From a virus (taxonomy: Duplodnaviria > Heunggongvirae > Uroviricota > Caudoviricetes): a DNA stretch of 64,000 bases. Location of the stretch: the IMG/VR virus record IMGVR_UViG_3300028734_000016. One strand, written 5' to 3'. This document shows, piece after piece, positions 9,002 to 18,334 of this stretch (positions within the stretch are counted from its first letter, which is position 1; every line of letters begins with the position of its first letter). Under the pieces are notes generated by a model. The model was not told the DNA's origin. It did not search any database and worked only from the letters and a program-made list of their open reading frames with translations. A program made the translations under genes and the position numbers.

Positions 9002-9265
9002 TTAATTGTTTTCAAAAAATGAATTATAATCGTTTTTACTTTCACTATGAGAAATAAAATTTTCATCATTTCTAAGTTTTATATAATTTTTCCATTCCTT
9101 TAAATATAACTTATTATTCTCAGGAAACAAATTCATCATATTTTTCATTTTATGTAGCATTTTAACATCTGAATGAAAACTTTGTAATTCAACAATTCCT
9201 AATTTACCATCTTTAATGAGAGGTATATCACACAATGCATTTAATATTTTTTTCTCTATGCTCAT
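9002..9265 (-). CDS. hypothetical protein
   Basis: ORF trimmed to an internal ATG. Confidence 0.4.
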   Translation of the reverse strand: MSIEKKILNALCDIPLIKDGKLGIVELQSFHSDVKMLHKMKNMMNLFPENNKLYLKEWKNYIKLRNDENFISHSESKNDYNSFFENN

Positions 9266-9269
9266 TTTT

Positions 9270-9626
9270 TTAATTATTTGGGCCAACTTCTTCAATTCCA
9301 ATTGTTTTCAAATAACTTAAGCATTCGAATTCAGTTTTAAATTTTATTGGTTTATAAGAGTTATTATAATCTCCTTTTATTTTTCTTGTTTTTTTGAAAT
9401 TTTTATAGAAATCATCATTATCAACTTTGTATATAACATCATGATCATCAAAATATGGAAATTCATAACTAAAATAATTAGAATTAAATAATGTGACATA
9501 TATTTGTTTTTGTCTTGTTTCTACGTTACAAAGTAATCTTATATTTTCATATAATTTTTCGTGCTGTTGTTCGTGTACTGTTTTTATTTTGCTAGATGAT
9601 ATTACATCTTTGGTATAATCAATCAT
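9270..9626 (-). CDS. hypothetical protein
   Basis: 118-aa ORF. Confidence 0.5.
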   Translation of the reverse strand: MIDYTKDVISSSKIKTVHEQQHEKLYENIRLLCNVETRQKQIYVTLFNSNYFSYEFPYFDDHDVIYKVDNDDFYKNFKKTRKIKGDYNNSYKPIKFKTEFECLSYLKTIGIEEVGPNN

Positions 9627-9868
9627 ATATTATTTAAATTTTGTAATTTTTCTTTTCTTATATTATTCAATTTTAATTTTTTTTTTAAAATAGTTAATTC
9701 CTTGTTCAACTCAGCTCTACTATTTATAGTGTCTATATATTCAGAGTTACTTATGTAGTGGCTATTTACCTTTAACTCCAAACCAAATATTCTATTTACC
9801 TTTAACTTCAAACCAAATATTCTATTTTCTATAAATAATATTCTATTGTAAATATCTTTTGATGTCAT
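9623..9868 (-). CDS. hypothetical small protein with ...IRKEKLQNLNNI tail
   Basis: 81-aa ORF; internal direct repeat (RIFGLKLKVN x2). Confidence 0.45.
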   Translation of the reverse strand: MTSKDIYNRILFIENRIFGLKLKVNRIFGLELKVNSHYISNSEYIDTINSRAELNKELTILKKKLKLNNIRKEKLQNLNNI

Positions 9869-9897
9869 GTTATCTGAGTTTATTTAATTTATTCATG

Positions 9898-10239
9898 TCA
9901 AATTATTTCTCCTCTTTTGATTTCTGCTCGTCTATTTATCAAATCTACTTTTTCTTTAATAGCCATTCTTACTTTATTCTTAGTGAATATTTCTGATTCA
10001 ATATGTCCAGTTAGTTTAAATAGTAATTTAGGAATGGTTGTTATAATAACATCTCCAAATAGTAAATATTTACGATGAGTAAAATATTCAGTACCGTAGT
10101 AAAATAGTGTTTTATAGCCATATTCATCTTCTATTTGATTATATTTATATGTTTTACCATCATATACAATTTCTTTATAATTTGGCTCTTTATATTCTTT
10201 GAAGATAAAGGTTTTATTGTTGAGTTTTTTGACTATCAT
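9898..10239 (-). CDS. hypothetical protein
   Basis: 113-aa ORF. Confidence 0.5.
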   Translation of the reverse strand: MIVKKLNNKTFIFKEYKEPNYKEIVYDGKTYKYNQIEDEYGYKTLFYYGTEYFTHRKYLLFGDVIITTIPKLLFKLTGHIESEIFTKNKVRMAIKEKVDLINRRAEIKRGEII

Positions 10240-10240
10240 G

Positions 10241-10465
10241 TTACAAGGTATTAGTTTCTAATATAGCTTCTGCTACATGTAGATATTCAACAGATGTCAT
10301 ATCACATTCAAATGATTTTTTATCATCTCCGTAGTATTTTGATTTACCAAGATATCTACGAATACCGATATAATTAGATTTAATTCTAGATTTAAAAACA
10401 TCACAATCAGGGTAAAGTAATTTTACTTTATCTAATAATTCAGGTGTTATATTATATTTGCTCAT
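10241..10465 (-). CDS. hypothetical small protein
   Basis: 74-aa ORF. Confidence 0.4.
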   Translation of the reverse strand: MSKYNITPELLDKVKLLYPDCDVFKSRIKSNYIGIRRYLGKSKYYGDDKKSFECDMTSVEYLHVAEAILETNTL

Positions 10466-10814
10466 TTTTTTTAATTTTTAATATTTATTTATAAAAATCT
10501 AATGTTTCATAAAAATCTAAACCAGTGATTATTCACCAAATTACTGCTGGTAGTATAGTAGTAATTCCAATTACAAACAGAAATCTAAATAGTATTTTCA
10601 TGTTTAATCAAGTTTCTTTTTGTATTTTTTATATGCTTCTGTTGAAATGTCTCCGTTGTTGAAAATTTCATTAAGCATATCCTTTTTGCCATCATTTGAA
10701 ATTTTTAATATTTGAGCTATTAATAACACAATGATAAAAATAACAAAAAATCCGATATACACATAATTTGGTCCTTCCATGATTTGTTTATTTTAATTGA
10801 TTGTTTATATTAAA

Positions 10815-10824
10815 TACAAAGATA
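10815..10824 (-). promoter_or_regulatory. TAtcTTTGta box (plus-strand TACAAAGATA), Bacteroidota -7-like element
   Basis: ~35 nt upstream of a short unlisted minus-strand ORF starting at 10783. Confidence 0.4.
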
Positions 10825-10875
10825 AAAAAAAATCCTCACATAAGCAAGGATTTTTAATTTATTTATATATTATTA

Positions 10876-11211
10876 TTAGACTTCTTTTGTGTCATCTTCT
10901 TTTATGTCAGTTTCTTTTGTTTCAGTTGAACCATCTTCCATGATATTATCTAGTTTAACTAGTTTTTTTGGTTTCCAAATAAAATAGAAGAGACTTGAAG
11001 CTGCAATAACAGAAAAGAAATATATCACATTAATAATATCAACTGCTGAATTTTGAGTTTTTAATTCATAAATTGCGTTGTCATCAGTGAATTGCTGTGC
11101 TGCTATTTTTGAATAGTCTTGTGTATTCTTATTGATTACCAATTTGTATGATGCTCCAAGGCAAATCAAAAGAATGAAAACTAATAATGATTTTAATATT
11201 TTACTTTTCAT
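10876..11211 (-). CDS. small membrane protein (N-terminal hydrophobic segment plus internal TM), possible NfeD-like partner of the upstream SPFH protein
   Basis: hydrophobic stretches LLVFILLICLGA and VIYFFSVIAASSLFYFIW; sits immediately downstream of the SPFH gene. Confidence 0.5.
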   Translation of the reverse strand: MKSKILKSLLVFILLICLGASYKLVINKNTQDYSKIAAQQFTDDNAIYELKTQNSAVDIINVIYFFSVIAASSLFYFIWKPKKLVKLDNIMEDGSTETKETDIKEDDTKEV

Positions 11212-12170
11212 TATCGTTTTGCTTTTGTTGTGCTAGTGTTCATACTTTTCAAGCCATATAATTCAAGCATTGAAAAATTTCCACCTGCAATAGTAAGATT
11301 ATCAGGTACTTGAAGCTTACCATTTTTTACTGCTTCAGCAAATGCTAATTTTATTGCGATATCTGCATCAAGGTGACTCTGTGCTTCAATGGAAGCTTTT
11401 GCTTTGGCAAATTTATTAGCTGCAATTACCTTATTCTCAGCAGTTTTAATATTCATTTCAGACGAATATTTTTCATTTATTGCACTTTGAATACTAGGAT
11501 TAGAATATGTAAATTGTCCAGCAGAACCAATGTTCATAATTTTTATACCATATAATGCAAAATGTTCTGTTACGTCTTTTGACATTTGAGAGAAAATAGC
11601 ACTTCTATCATTCTGTCCTTGTGTTAAATTTCTATCACCAAATTGGGTAGTTAAACATTTTTGGACGTATCCCCTAACATCAGTATCCATCAAATCTGCT
11701 AACGTTCTTCCACTATATGAATATAAAAATAGTGATGTCCAATCATCTGGAATTGAAGCTGTTGCTGTTATACAAACTGAAAATCCAATTGATTCTTTTG
11801 ACTCTACTTCAATTGCTTCATTTGATGTTTTATTTGAACCACTTCCTGAACCATTCCATTCACGTGTAACAGGAGTACGGTCAACAGTAATAACTCTAAC
11901 TGATGGAATCCATTCACCACTATTTGACATCCTGCCTGTTTTGTGCCATTGAGTTGGAATGTAAATACGTTTTGCAATTACTTTGTTTTGTTCAAGATAA
12001 GCTTGTGATTTCAATTTAGTTTGATTGACTTGTGTGCCATTTTCCAATGGGATCACATAAACAGATTCATTAGGTTTAATCTCTTGGTACTTTTGTACCT
12101 GATAAGGTTTCATACAAGATGACATCAATGCTACTACGAGCACACATACTAAAATCAATTGTTTTTTCAT
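11211..12170 (-). CDS. SPFH/band-7-like lipoprotein
   Basis: lipoprotein-type signal MKKQLILVCVLVVALMSSC; A/K-rich C-terminal helical region typical of SPFH; tracked ORF start (12254) judged an upstream extension. Confidence 0.65.
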   Translation of the reverse strand: MKKQLILVCVLVVALMSSCMKPYQVQKYQEIKPNESVYVIPLENGTQVNQTKLKSQAYLEQNKVIAKRIYIPTQWHKTGRMSNSGEWIPSVRVITVDRTPVTREWNGSGSGSNKTSNEAIEVESKESIGFSVCITATASIPDDWTSLFLYSYSGRTLADLMDTDVRGYVQKCLTTQFGDRNLTQGQNDRSAIFSQMSKDVTEHFALYGIKIMNIGSAGQFTYSNPSIQSAINEKYSSEMNIKTAENKVIAANKFAKAKASIEAQSHLDADIAIKLAFAEAVKNGKLQVPDNLTIAGGNFSMLELYGLKSMNTSTTKAKR

Positions 12171-12221
12171 ACTTTTTTTGTTTTTGTTTTTAATAATAAT
12201 TAATTTTGTTTTTAATTGAGA

Positions 12222-12231
12222 TACAAAGATA
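12222..12231 (-). promoter_or_regulatory. TAtcTTTGta box upstream of the SPFH lipoprotein gene
   Basis: ~50 nt upstream of the ATG at 12170. Confidence 0.45.
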
Positions 12232-12300
12232 CTTCGTTTATTTGAATTTACCAAACTTATTTATGATTATTTTATATAATAAACAAAATAAACATATTAA

Positions 12301-13092
12301 ATGGCTAAAATAGAAAATGATAAGTATTACACACCAATAGAAATTTCTAAATATTGTATAGACAAAACTTTAGAAATTATTGATAATCAGAATATTACAG
12401 ATATTATTGAGCCAAGTGCTGGTAACGGGTCATTTTCAAATCAATTAATATGTACATCATATGATATTGAACCAGAATCTGAAAATATCATTAAACAAGA
12501 TTATTTACAATTAAACATACCATATAAGAAAGGCAGATTGATTATAGGAAATCCTCCGTATGGTACTAAGATGCACTTGGTAATTAAATTTTTCAAAAAA
12601 TCAATTGAGATTGGTGATTATATATCTTTCATATTACCAATTTCTCAATTAGATAATGTGGCAAGTTTATATGAATTTAATTTGGTGTATAGTGAAGATT
12701 TAGGTTTACAATATTATACAGATAGAAAAATTCATTGTGTTTTAAATATTTATAAAAGACCTGATATTGGATTAAATTCGAAGCCTGATTTTAAAATGAA
12801 AGATTTGACTATATTTAGAGAGACATACAAAGGATATAATGATATTGACAATTTTGATTTGAGAATGGTTTATTGGGGGTCAGGATGTGCAGGAAGGATA
12901 TTAACAAAAGATGATAAGAGATATGCTGGAGAATATAAAATTTTTATACATAATGAAAAATTAAAAAGCAGAATAATTGAAGTTCTATCAACTACAAATT
13001 GGAAAAAAGAATTAAAAACAATTGCTATGATGAGAATTAAGCATTATCACATATATAATGTACTAAAAAGAGAAATACCTGAAATATTATAG
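12301..13092 (+). CDS. N6-adenine DNA methyltransferase, gamma-type motif order
   Basis: motif I IIEPSAGNGSF precedes motif IV IIGNPPYG; no adjacent restriction endonuclease. Confidence 0.85.
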   Translation: MAKIENDKYYTPIEISKYCIDKTLEIIDNQNITDIIEPSAGNGSFSNQLICTSYDIEPESENIIKQDYLQLNIPYKKGRLIIGNPPYGTKMHLVIKFFKKSIEIGDYISFILPISQLDNVASLYEFNLVYSEDLGLQYYTDRKIHCVLNIYKRPDIGLNSKPDFKMKDLTIFRETYKGYNDIDNFDLRMVYWGSGCAGRILTKDDKRYAGEYKIFIHNEKLKSRIIEVLSTTNWKKELKTIAMMRIKHYHIYNVLKREIPEIL

Positions 13093-13112
13093 TTTCAGGT
13101 ATTTTTATTTGA

Positions 13113-13502
13113 TTATATACTTTTAAAATCTTCCAGTATTTTATCTATCATTTCACCACTGTGAATCTCGTCATATATATGTCCAGTTTCTGTGTTATAT
13201 GGTATTGCATATACATCAAAAACTTCATCAACAATTGAATAAATACACACAAAATCATTTTCAATGTCTAGTGATGCAGGAAAATCCAATGACATGAAAA
13301 TTTTCTTAGCTCCGTCATCTAAATATTGTTTTGCCATTTTATAGCATGATTCAACATCACCTCCCAATGCTAATGAATTCATTTCGAATTTACCATCATT
13401 TGTTTCTACAAATAATTGAAATGGATAATGTCCATAACAATCTTCACTTTCAATTAATTCAATTTTAACTAATTGTTCTACAAATTCTTTTACATTTTTC
13501 AT
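13113..13502 (-). CDS. hypothetical protein
   Basis: 129-aa ORF. Confidence 0.5.
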   Translation of the reverse strand: MKNVKEFVEQLVKIELIESEDCYGHYPFQLFVETNDGKFEMNSLALGGDVESCYKMAKQYLDDGAKKIFMSLDFPASLDIENDFVCIYSIVDEVFDVYAIPYNTETGHIYDEIHSGEMIDKILEDFKSI

Positions 13503-13515
13503 ATTATATTATTTT

Positions 13516-14010
13516 CTATTTTATAATTTTTAATTTAAATTTTCTTAATGACGTATAGGTATAAAAATAATTATCATAATCAATTCTTTCAACTCTTGAT
13601 TTTTCTATTGCTACTTTATCTGATATTACTGAAACTATAAAAGATGAAATAAATATTAATCTTTGGTTTGATATGCCGTTAAATATATTAAATGAATTAT
13701 CGTTTTTGAAATATTTACACAAAAAAATAACAGTACAATTTGAATTAGAATCTACAAAAGAATAATCAAAAATAGATTTTGTCATATCCTCAATAAAAAT
13801 AACAGTTTTTTCACGTATTTGGTTTGTTATACTTTGTAATTTTTCAAAACTACTAATATAATTTATAGTTTTTATTTTATATTTCATTTTTAATAAATCT
13901 TCTTTGATCATCATCAAGAACCATTTATTATTAGCATTTGAATCCATTATGAATGTTATTTTTTGTCCTTCATATCTTTTTATATTATTTATTAAATCTT
14001 TATATACCAT
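13516..14010 (-). CDS. hypothetical protein
   Basis: 164-aa ORF. Confidence 0.5.
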   Translation of the reverse strand: MVYKDLINNIKRYEGQKITFIMDSNANNKWFLMMIKEDLLKMKYKIKTINYISSFEKLQSITNQIREKTVIFIEDMTKSIFDYSFVDSNSNCTVIFLCKYFKNDNSFNIFNGISNQRLIFISSFIVSVISDKVAIEKSRVERIDYDNYFYTYTSLRKFKLKIIK

Positions 14011-14115
14011 ATTTAATTGTTGAATAACGAATATAAGGAATATATTTCACATAAAAAAATAGTTAGATAAAAATCTAACTATTTTTTTATAAATCTCTAT
14101 TTAATATATTTTTTA

Positions 14116-14634
14116 TTATAAATCTCTATTTAATTTATCAAGTTTAATTTTTCTGACTTCTTTTATAGTATCACTATATGAAAGATTGTTTTTACGTTCA
14201 GTCCAAACTCTATTTTTAATATTATCTCCTGAATTGTCATAGCATGATTTGCATATAATAGAAATCCAACCTTTTGTTGAACCAATATCTTCAGTAGAAC
14301 CACAAAACTCACAAACACTACCAGACATATTTTCTGTCATACTTATCATACCATCAATCTGTGAATTGCCTCCATAATAATAGAAACAAAGAATTCCAAA
14401 TTTTTCTTTTACTTGTGATGCTACAACTTGCGGAATTTTTTCATCATCAGATAAAAACTTATTATTAGTATCTATATAACTTTGAATAGAATAGCATAGT
14501 TGATCTAATAACCAAAACCATCCATCACCATGTTCAAACCCCCAACACATTGCAGTCTTGGTCATATTTTCATACCGATTTACAAAAATTTTAGGATATT
14601 TTTCAACTAAATAGCTATCTAAATTTTCAGTCAT
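14116..14634 (-). CDS. hypothetical protein, immediately downstream of clpP
   Basis: 172-aa ORF abutting the clpP stop. Confidence 0.55.
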   Translation of the reverse strand: MTENLDSYLVEKYPKIFVNRYENMTKTAMCWGFEHGDGWFWLLDQLCYSIQSYIDTNNKFLSDDEKIPQVVASQVKEKFGILCFYYYGGNSQIDGMISMTENMSGSVCEFCGSTEDIGSTKGWISIICKSCYDNSGDNIKNRVWTERKNNLSYSDTIKEVRKIKLDKLNRDL

Positions 14635-14635
14635 A

Positions 14636-15391
14636 TTATTTTACTTGTTTAAATACATATTTCATATAATATTCATCAAAACCATCCATCATAGTTGTAA
14701 TTGAATTGGATTTATTATCAGCTAATCCAATGACATTATCTATCAAACCATAATTCAAAGCTTCATCAGAATTTAACCACATATCTCTTTGACAAAAATC
14801 ATGAATTTCTTCAAATGACTTGTCAGTATTAAGAGCAAGAATTTTGAATAGTAAAAAATTGTATTTTTCAGTTTCCATTTGACTAATACGAGTATCATCT
14901 ACTTTGCCACTAGTTCCTGCTGCAACGTGATGTAGCATAACTGTTGAATTAATTAATGATGAACGCTTACCTTTTGCTCCAGATGATAGAAGTACACTAC
15001 CCATTGAAGCGCACATTCCTAAATTGACTGTGGCTACATTAGGTTTAATATAGTTCATAACATCTATGATTCCTAACCCATGAGTCACACTACCGCCTCC
15101 TGTATTAATTTGCATTGTAATGTCCTTTTGAGGATCAGAATCTTCTAAATATAATAATTGTGCTTGAATAATATCAGACATTGTATCATCAACGTCACCA
15201 GACACCCATAAAATTCTATCCATCATAAGTCTATCAAACACAGATAGTTGAGTTACATTCAATTGTCGTTCTTCTAAAACATGAGGAGATAAGCCATAAT
15301 TTTCAGCTTGATATTTTGTTGCATCATCTACTAATGTAGAACTCATTCCTAAATGTTTGGTAGCAAACTTTTTAAATTCATTTTTGTGCAT
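14636..15391 (-). CDS. clpP: ATP-dependent Clp protease proteolytic subunit ClpP
   Basis: GMCASMGS (Ser), MLHHVAAG (His), ILWVSGDVDD; full-length canonical ClpP. Confidence 0.9.
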   Translation of the reverse strand: MHKNEFKKFATKHLGMSSTLVDDATKYQAENYGLSPHVLEERQLNVTQLSVFDRLMMDRILWVSGDVDDTMSDIIQAQLLYLEDSDPQKDITMQINTGGGSVTHGLGIIDVMNYIKPNVATVNLGMCASMGSVLLSSGAKGKRSSLINSTVMLHHVAAGTSGKVDDTRISQMETEKYNFLLFKILALNTDKSFEEIHDFCQRDMWLNSDEALNYGLIDNVIGLADNKSNSITTMMDGFDEYYMKYVFKQVK

Positions 15392-15427
15392 AATTTAATA
15401 TTTTAATTATTAATTGATTGATTGAAT

Positions 15428-15436
15428 GCAAAGATA
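15428..15436 (-). promoter_or_regulatory. TAtcTTTGc box ~36 nt upstream of the clpP ATG
   Basis: plus-strand GCAAAGATA. Confidence 0.45.
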
Positions 15437-15558
15437 AGGAAATTTTTTGATTTACCAAAGGAAAATCATTATTATTTATATAAATAAACCTATAATTGAA
15501 TAATAAACTGATATGATTTATTGTACGATTATAGGTTTATTATAAAGTTGATTCAGAT

Positions 15559-15903
15559 TTAATCTTCTACTGGTTCATCTGTGCTAATTGAATCATCAGA
15601 ATTTTCTTCATCATCATTGAGTTGTGCTATCATCAAATCTTTCATTTTTTGCATCCTTTCGTCAGCAAAAAGTGATTTCACTTTTTCATCATCAATTGGA
15701 TATGAAATTTCATTATCTAATACATGATAAAGATAGTCAATAGCTAAATCTTGATCAGCTTTTTCGCAAATAAAATCAAGTAAAGCTAACTTTTCAGTCT
15801 CATTAAGATCAAAGATTTTAATTTCTTTAACCTCATTTAGAAATGTTTTCTGTTCTTCAGTTGATGGATTAACCATTTCTGACAATTTTTCTGTAATATT
15901 CAT
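15559..15903 (-). CDS. hypothetical acidic protein
   Basis: 114-aa ORF, D/E-rich C-terminus. Confidence 0.5.
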   Translation of the reverse strand: MNITEKLSEMVNPSTEEQKTFLNEVKEIKIFDLNETEKLALLDFICEKADQDLAIDYLYHVLDNEISYPIDDEKVKSLFADERMQKMKDLMIAQLNDDEENSDDSISTDEPVED

Positions 15904-15956
15904 AATTTTTTATTTAATTAATTTGTTTGTTGTTTAATTTTAATATTATAATTTAA

Positions 15957-16199
15957 TTAATATTCTTCTTCCTCAATTTCTGCTCCATCTTTATCTAAGT
16001 TTCTAAAATCATCATAATCATTAAGATCTTGAATGTCATTTGCTACCACCTCTACTATTTCAATATCATCATATGGTACGGGATTATCTTGAATAAGACT
16101 CTCTGCCAGTTCTTGTGCAAATTGTTCTACTCTCTCATAATCAGCTTCTTCTGATTCTATTGATAATGTCAATTGAATTTTGTATTCTTTTATTTTCAT
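15957..16199 (-). CDS. hypothetical acidic protein
   Basis: 80-aa ORF. Confidence 0.45.
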   Translation of the reverse strand: MKIKEYKIQLTLSIESEEADYERVEQFAQELAESLIQDNPVPYDDIEIVEVVANDIQDLNDYDDFRNLDKDGAEIEEEEY

Positions 16200-16214
16200 A
16201 TTTTGTTTTTGTTT

Positions 16215-16418
16215 TTATTTTATTTTATTATCTTCTAATACATAAATATTTCTTATCTTATGTGAAGGAGTGAATGTATAATTCTCTCCTATGTGTTGCC
16301 AAACACCATTATTTCCTATTGCTGTTACATTTTGTTTTAAACTATATTCATTCTCATATTCTGCAGGTATAGTAATTACTGTATTATCTTCAAGATTTAC
16401 AATTATATTATAATTCAT
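16215..16418 (-). CDS. hypothetical small protein
   Basis: 67-aa ORF. Confidence 0.4.
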   Translation of the reverse strand: MNYNIIVNLEDNTVITIPAEYENEYSLKQNVTAIGNNGVWQHIGENYTFTPSHKIRNIYVLEDNKIK

Positions 16419-16465
16419 AGATTTAATTTTTTCTTATATACTATAATAAAATAAATAAGTTTATA

Positions 16466-16780
16466 TTATTTATTGAATATTAGAGTTAATTCATCATTTG
16501 GGTAAGGATGCTTCAATAATTGTCTTTTGAATATTTTCAACATACTATCTTGCTTTGTTTTACAAATTGGAAAATTATTATTTGTTGTATTATTAAATTC
16601 CATCAATGTGTTATTGTCAAAATCTAAATCCATTGTATTATCAAAATTTATTGTTAATTCTAATAAAATATCATCATAAGAACTATCAAATCCTAATTGA
16701 TATGGATAAAAATTAATATTATATTTTTTATTACCATCAACATCTTCTAAATGTGAGTATTTTTTATCGTTAAATTTCAT
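16466..16780 (-). CDS. hypothetical protein
   Basis: 104-aa ORF. Confidence 0.45.
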   Translation of the reverse strand: MKFNDKKYSHLEDVDGNKKYNINFYPYQLGFDSSYDDILLELTINFDNTMDLDFDNNTLMEFNNTTNNNFPICKTKQDSMLKIFKRQLLKHPYPNDELTLIFNK

Positions 16781-16785
16781 AATTA

Positions 16786-17034
16786 TTATTCATAATAGAA
16801 TGCAGCAAATGGGTCATTCTTTATTGATTTTATTAAATCATATTGTTTATTTTTTGGTGTATTATCCAATATAATTCTAATCTCTGGTGTATCTTGAATT
16901 AAAAATCCACCAGTTATAAACTGTTCTCCATTTTTCTCAATTACAGCTAATCCATTTGTTCTTGATACCCTATTTGCAATAAGTTCAATTTCTTCGTAAC
17001 CATTAGTTTCTGGTGTGATGTGTAATGCTTTCAT
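16786..17034 (-). CDS. hypothetical protein
   Basis: 82-aa ORF. Confidence 0.45.
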   Translation of the reverse strand: MKALHITPETNGYEEIELIANRVSRTNGLAVIEKNGEQFITGGFLIQDTPEIRIILDNTPKNKQYDLIKSIKNDPFAAFYYE

Positions 17035-17579
17035 ATGTCTACGTTTATTATTATATTTGGTGTATATTTTTCTTCTATTGAATTAATATAATATTTATTT
17101 TTTGTATAAGTTATATTATAATTGGTTGTTTTATTATCATCATATCCAATTATTGCAATTACAACAATATCATCAATAGTGAAAATAGCGTCAATTCTAA
17201 TATAATTGTGAATTCTCTTATAATGACTTTCTAATTCAGTACAATATTTTTTATTGTTGTCACATATTTCTTTTTCCAAAGTTGAAATAATATTCAGTTC
17301 GTGTTTTATATAATTCAAATTTTTATAAATACTGCGTAAATAATTTTTACTTGATATTGATGTTTTTAATCTTTTGATATTTGGAATATCACGATTTGAA
17401 TAATATTTTACTACTGATTGATTATTTTTTTTTTCAATTAAAATATTAATAATATAATCTAAGTTATTTGAATTATAAAAAAATGATATTTTTTTTTCAT
17501 GACAACCTACAAATTCAACATCAAAATTCTTTTTGAATATATATTCTTCTATTTTTTTTATAGTCTCTGTGTCAGTCAT
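17031..17579 (-). CDS. hypothetical protein
   Basis: 182-aa ORF, ATGA overlap with upstream gene. Confidence 0.5.
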   Translation of the reverse strand: MTDTETIKKIEEYIFKKNFDVEFVGCHEKKISFFYNSNNLDYIINILIEKKNNQSVVKYYSNRDIPNIKRLKTSISSKNYLRSIYKNLNYIKHELNIISTLEKEICDNNKKYCTELESHYKRIHNYIRIDAIFTIDDIVVIAIIGYDDNKTTNYNITYTKNKYYINSIEEKYTPNIIINVDI

Positions 17580-18282
17580 CAGTCATCAGTTTAATAAGTT
17601 TTTCTTTTCTTATTATTTTAGTTATATCATTGCTAAACGTCTTGTTTGTTTCAATTTTTGAAATTAATGCTAATTTTTTTGACTCTCCATCATAATATAA
17701 CTGTAATAATATATTTGAATTATTATTATTTAAAAATACTGAAATATTATATCTTGAATAATGTTCTAATGATGTGTCAAATAATTTATCATTATATGTT
17801 TTTTTGCTATTTATTCTTAATATACTATTTTTTGATGAAAATTGAATAGTTATATAATCAGAATGAAATCCTCTAACTGAAAAATCATTATACTTTAAAT
17901 CATCATAATGATTATATGTTTTTTTAATATAATTATTTATTGTATCTTTTATACCTATTTTATCAATTTCTCTTTTTTGTATATAAATATCTAATTTTAT
18001 AATCTTTTTTAAAAATGTTTTGAAACTAGATATGATTTTTTTTTCTACACAAAAATCATTAATAATAGTAAATTCTAACTCTTTAATATCTGAAAATGGA
18101 TGACAGTTAAAAAAGGAGAACTTATAATCATCAGTGACAGATATAATATATTCTGATTCATTTATAATATATTTTATTTCTGCAAATGAAGAATATCTAA
18201 CATTTGAATTTGTTTCCCCAAAAATCAAATTTGGAAATTTTCCTGAATTTCTTAAAATATTATATACTTCTAATGATGTCAT
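17572..18282 (-). CDS. hypothetical protein
   Basis: 236-aa ORF. Confidence 0.55.
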   Translation of the reverse strand: MTSLEVYNILRNSGKFPNLIFGETNSNVRYSSFAEIKYIINESEYIISVTDDYKFSFFNCHPFSDIKELEFTIINDFCVEKKIISSFKTFLKKIIKLDIYIQKREIDKIGIKDTINNYIKKTYNHYDDLKYNDFSVRGFHSDYITIQFSSKNSILRINSKKTYNDKLFDTSLEHYSRYNISVFLNNNNSNILLQLYYDGESKKLALISKIETNKTFSNDITKIIRKEKLIKLMTDD

Positions 18283-18334
18283 TTATATTTAATCTTATCT
18301 TATAAAGATAATATATTTATTTGTAATTACCAAA

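Noticed and set aside
8779-9301. Overlapping tracked ORFs 8779-9069 / 9002-9301 / 9270-9626
   Set aside because: The overlaps disappear if internal ATGs are used (8997, 9265), so the upstream extensions are treated as uncertain.
12171-12254. N-terminal extension of the SPFH lipoprotein ORF
   Set aside because: The lipoprotein signal begins at the internal MKKQLIL... and a TAtcTTTG box lies within the extension; the extension is probably leader sequence.
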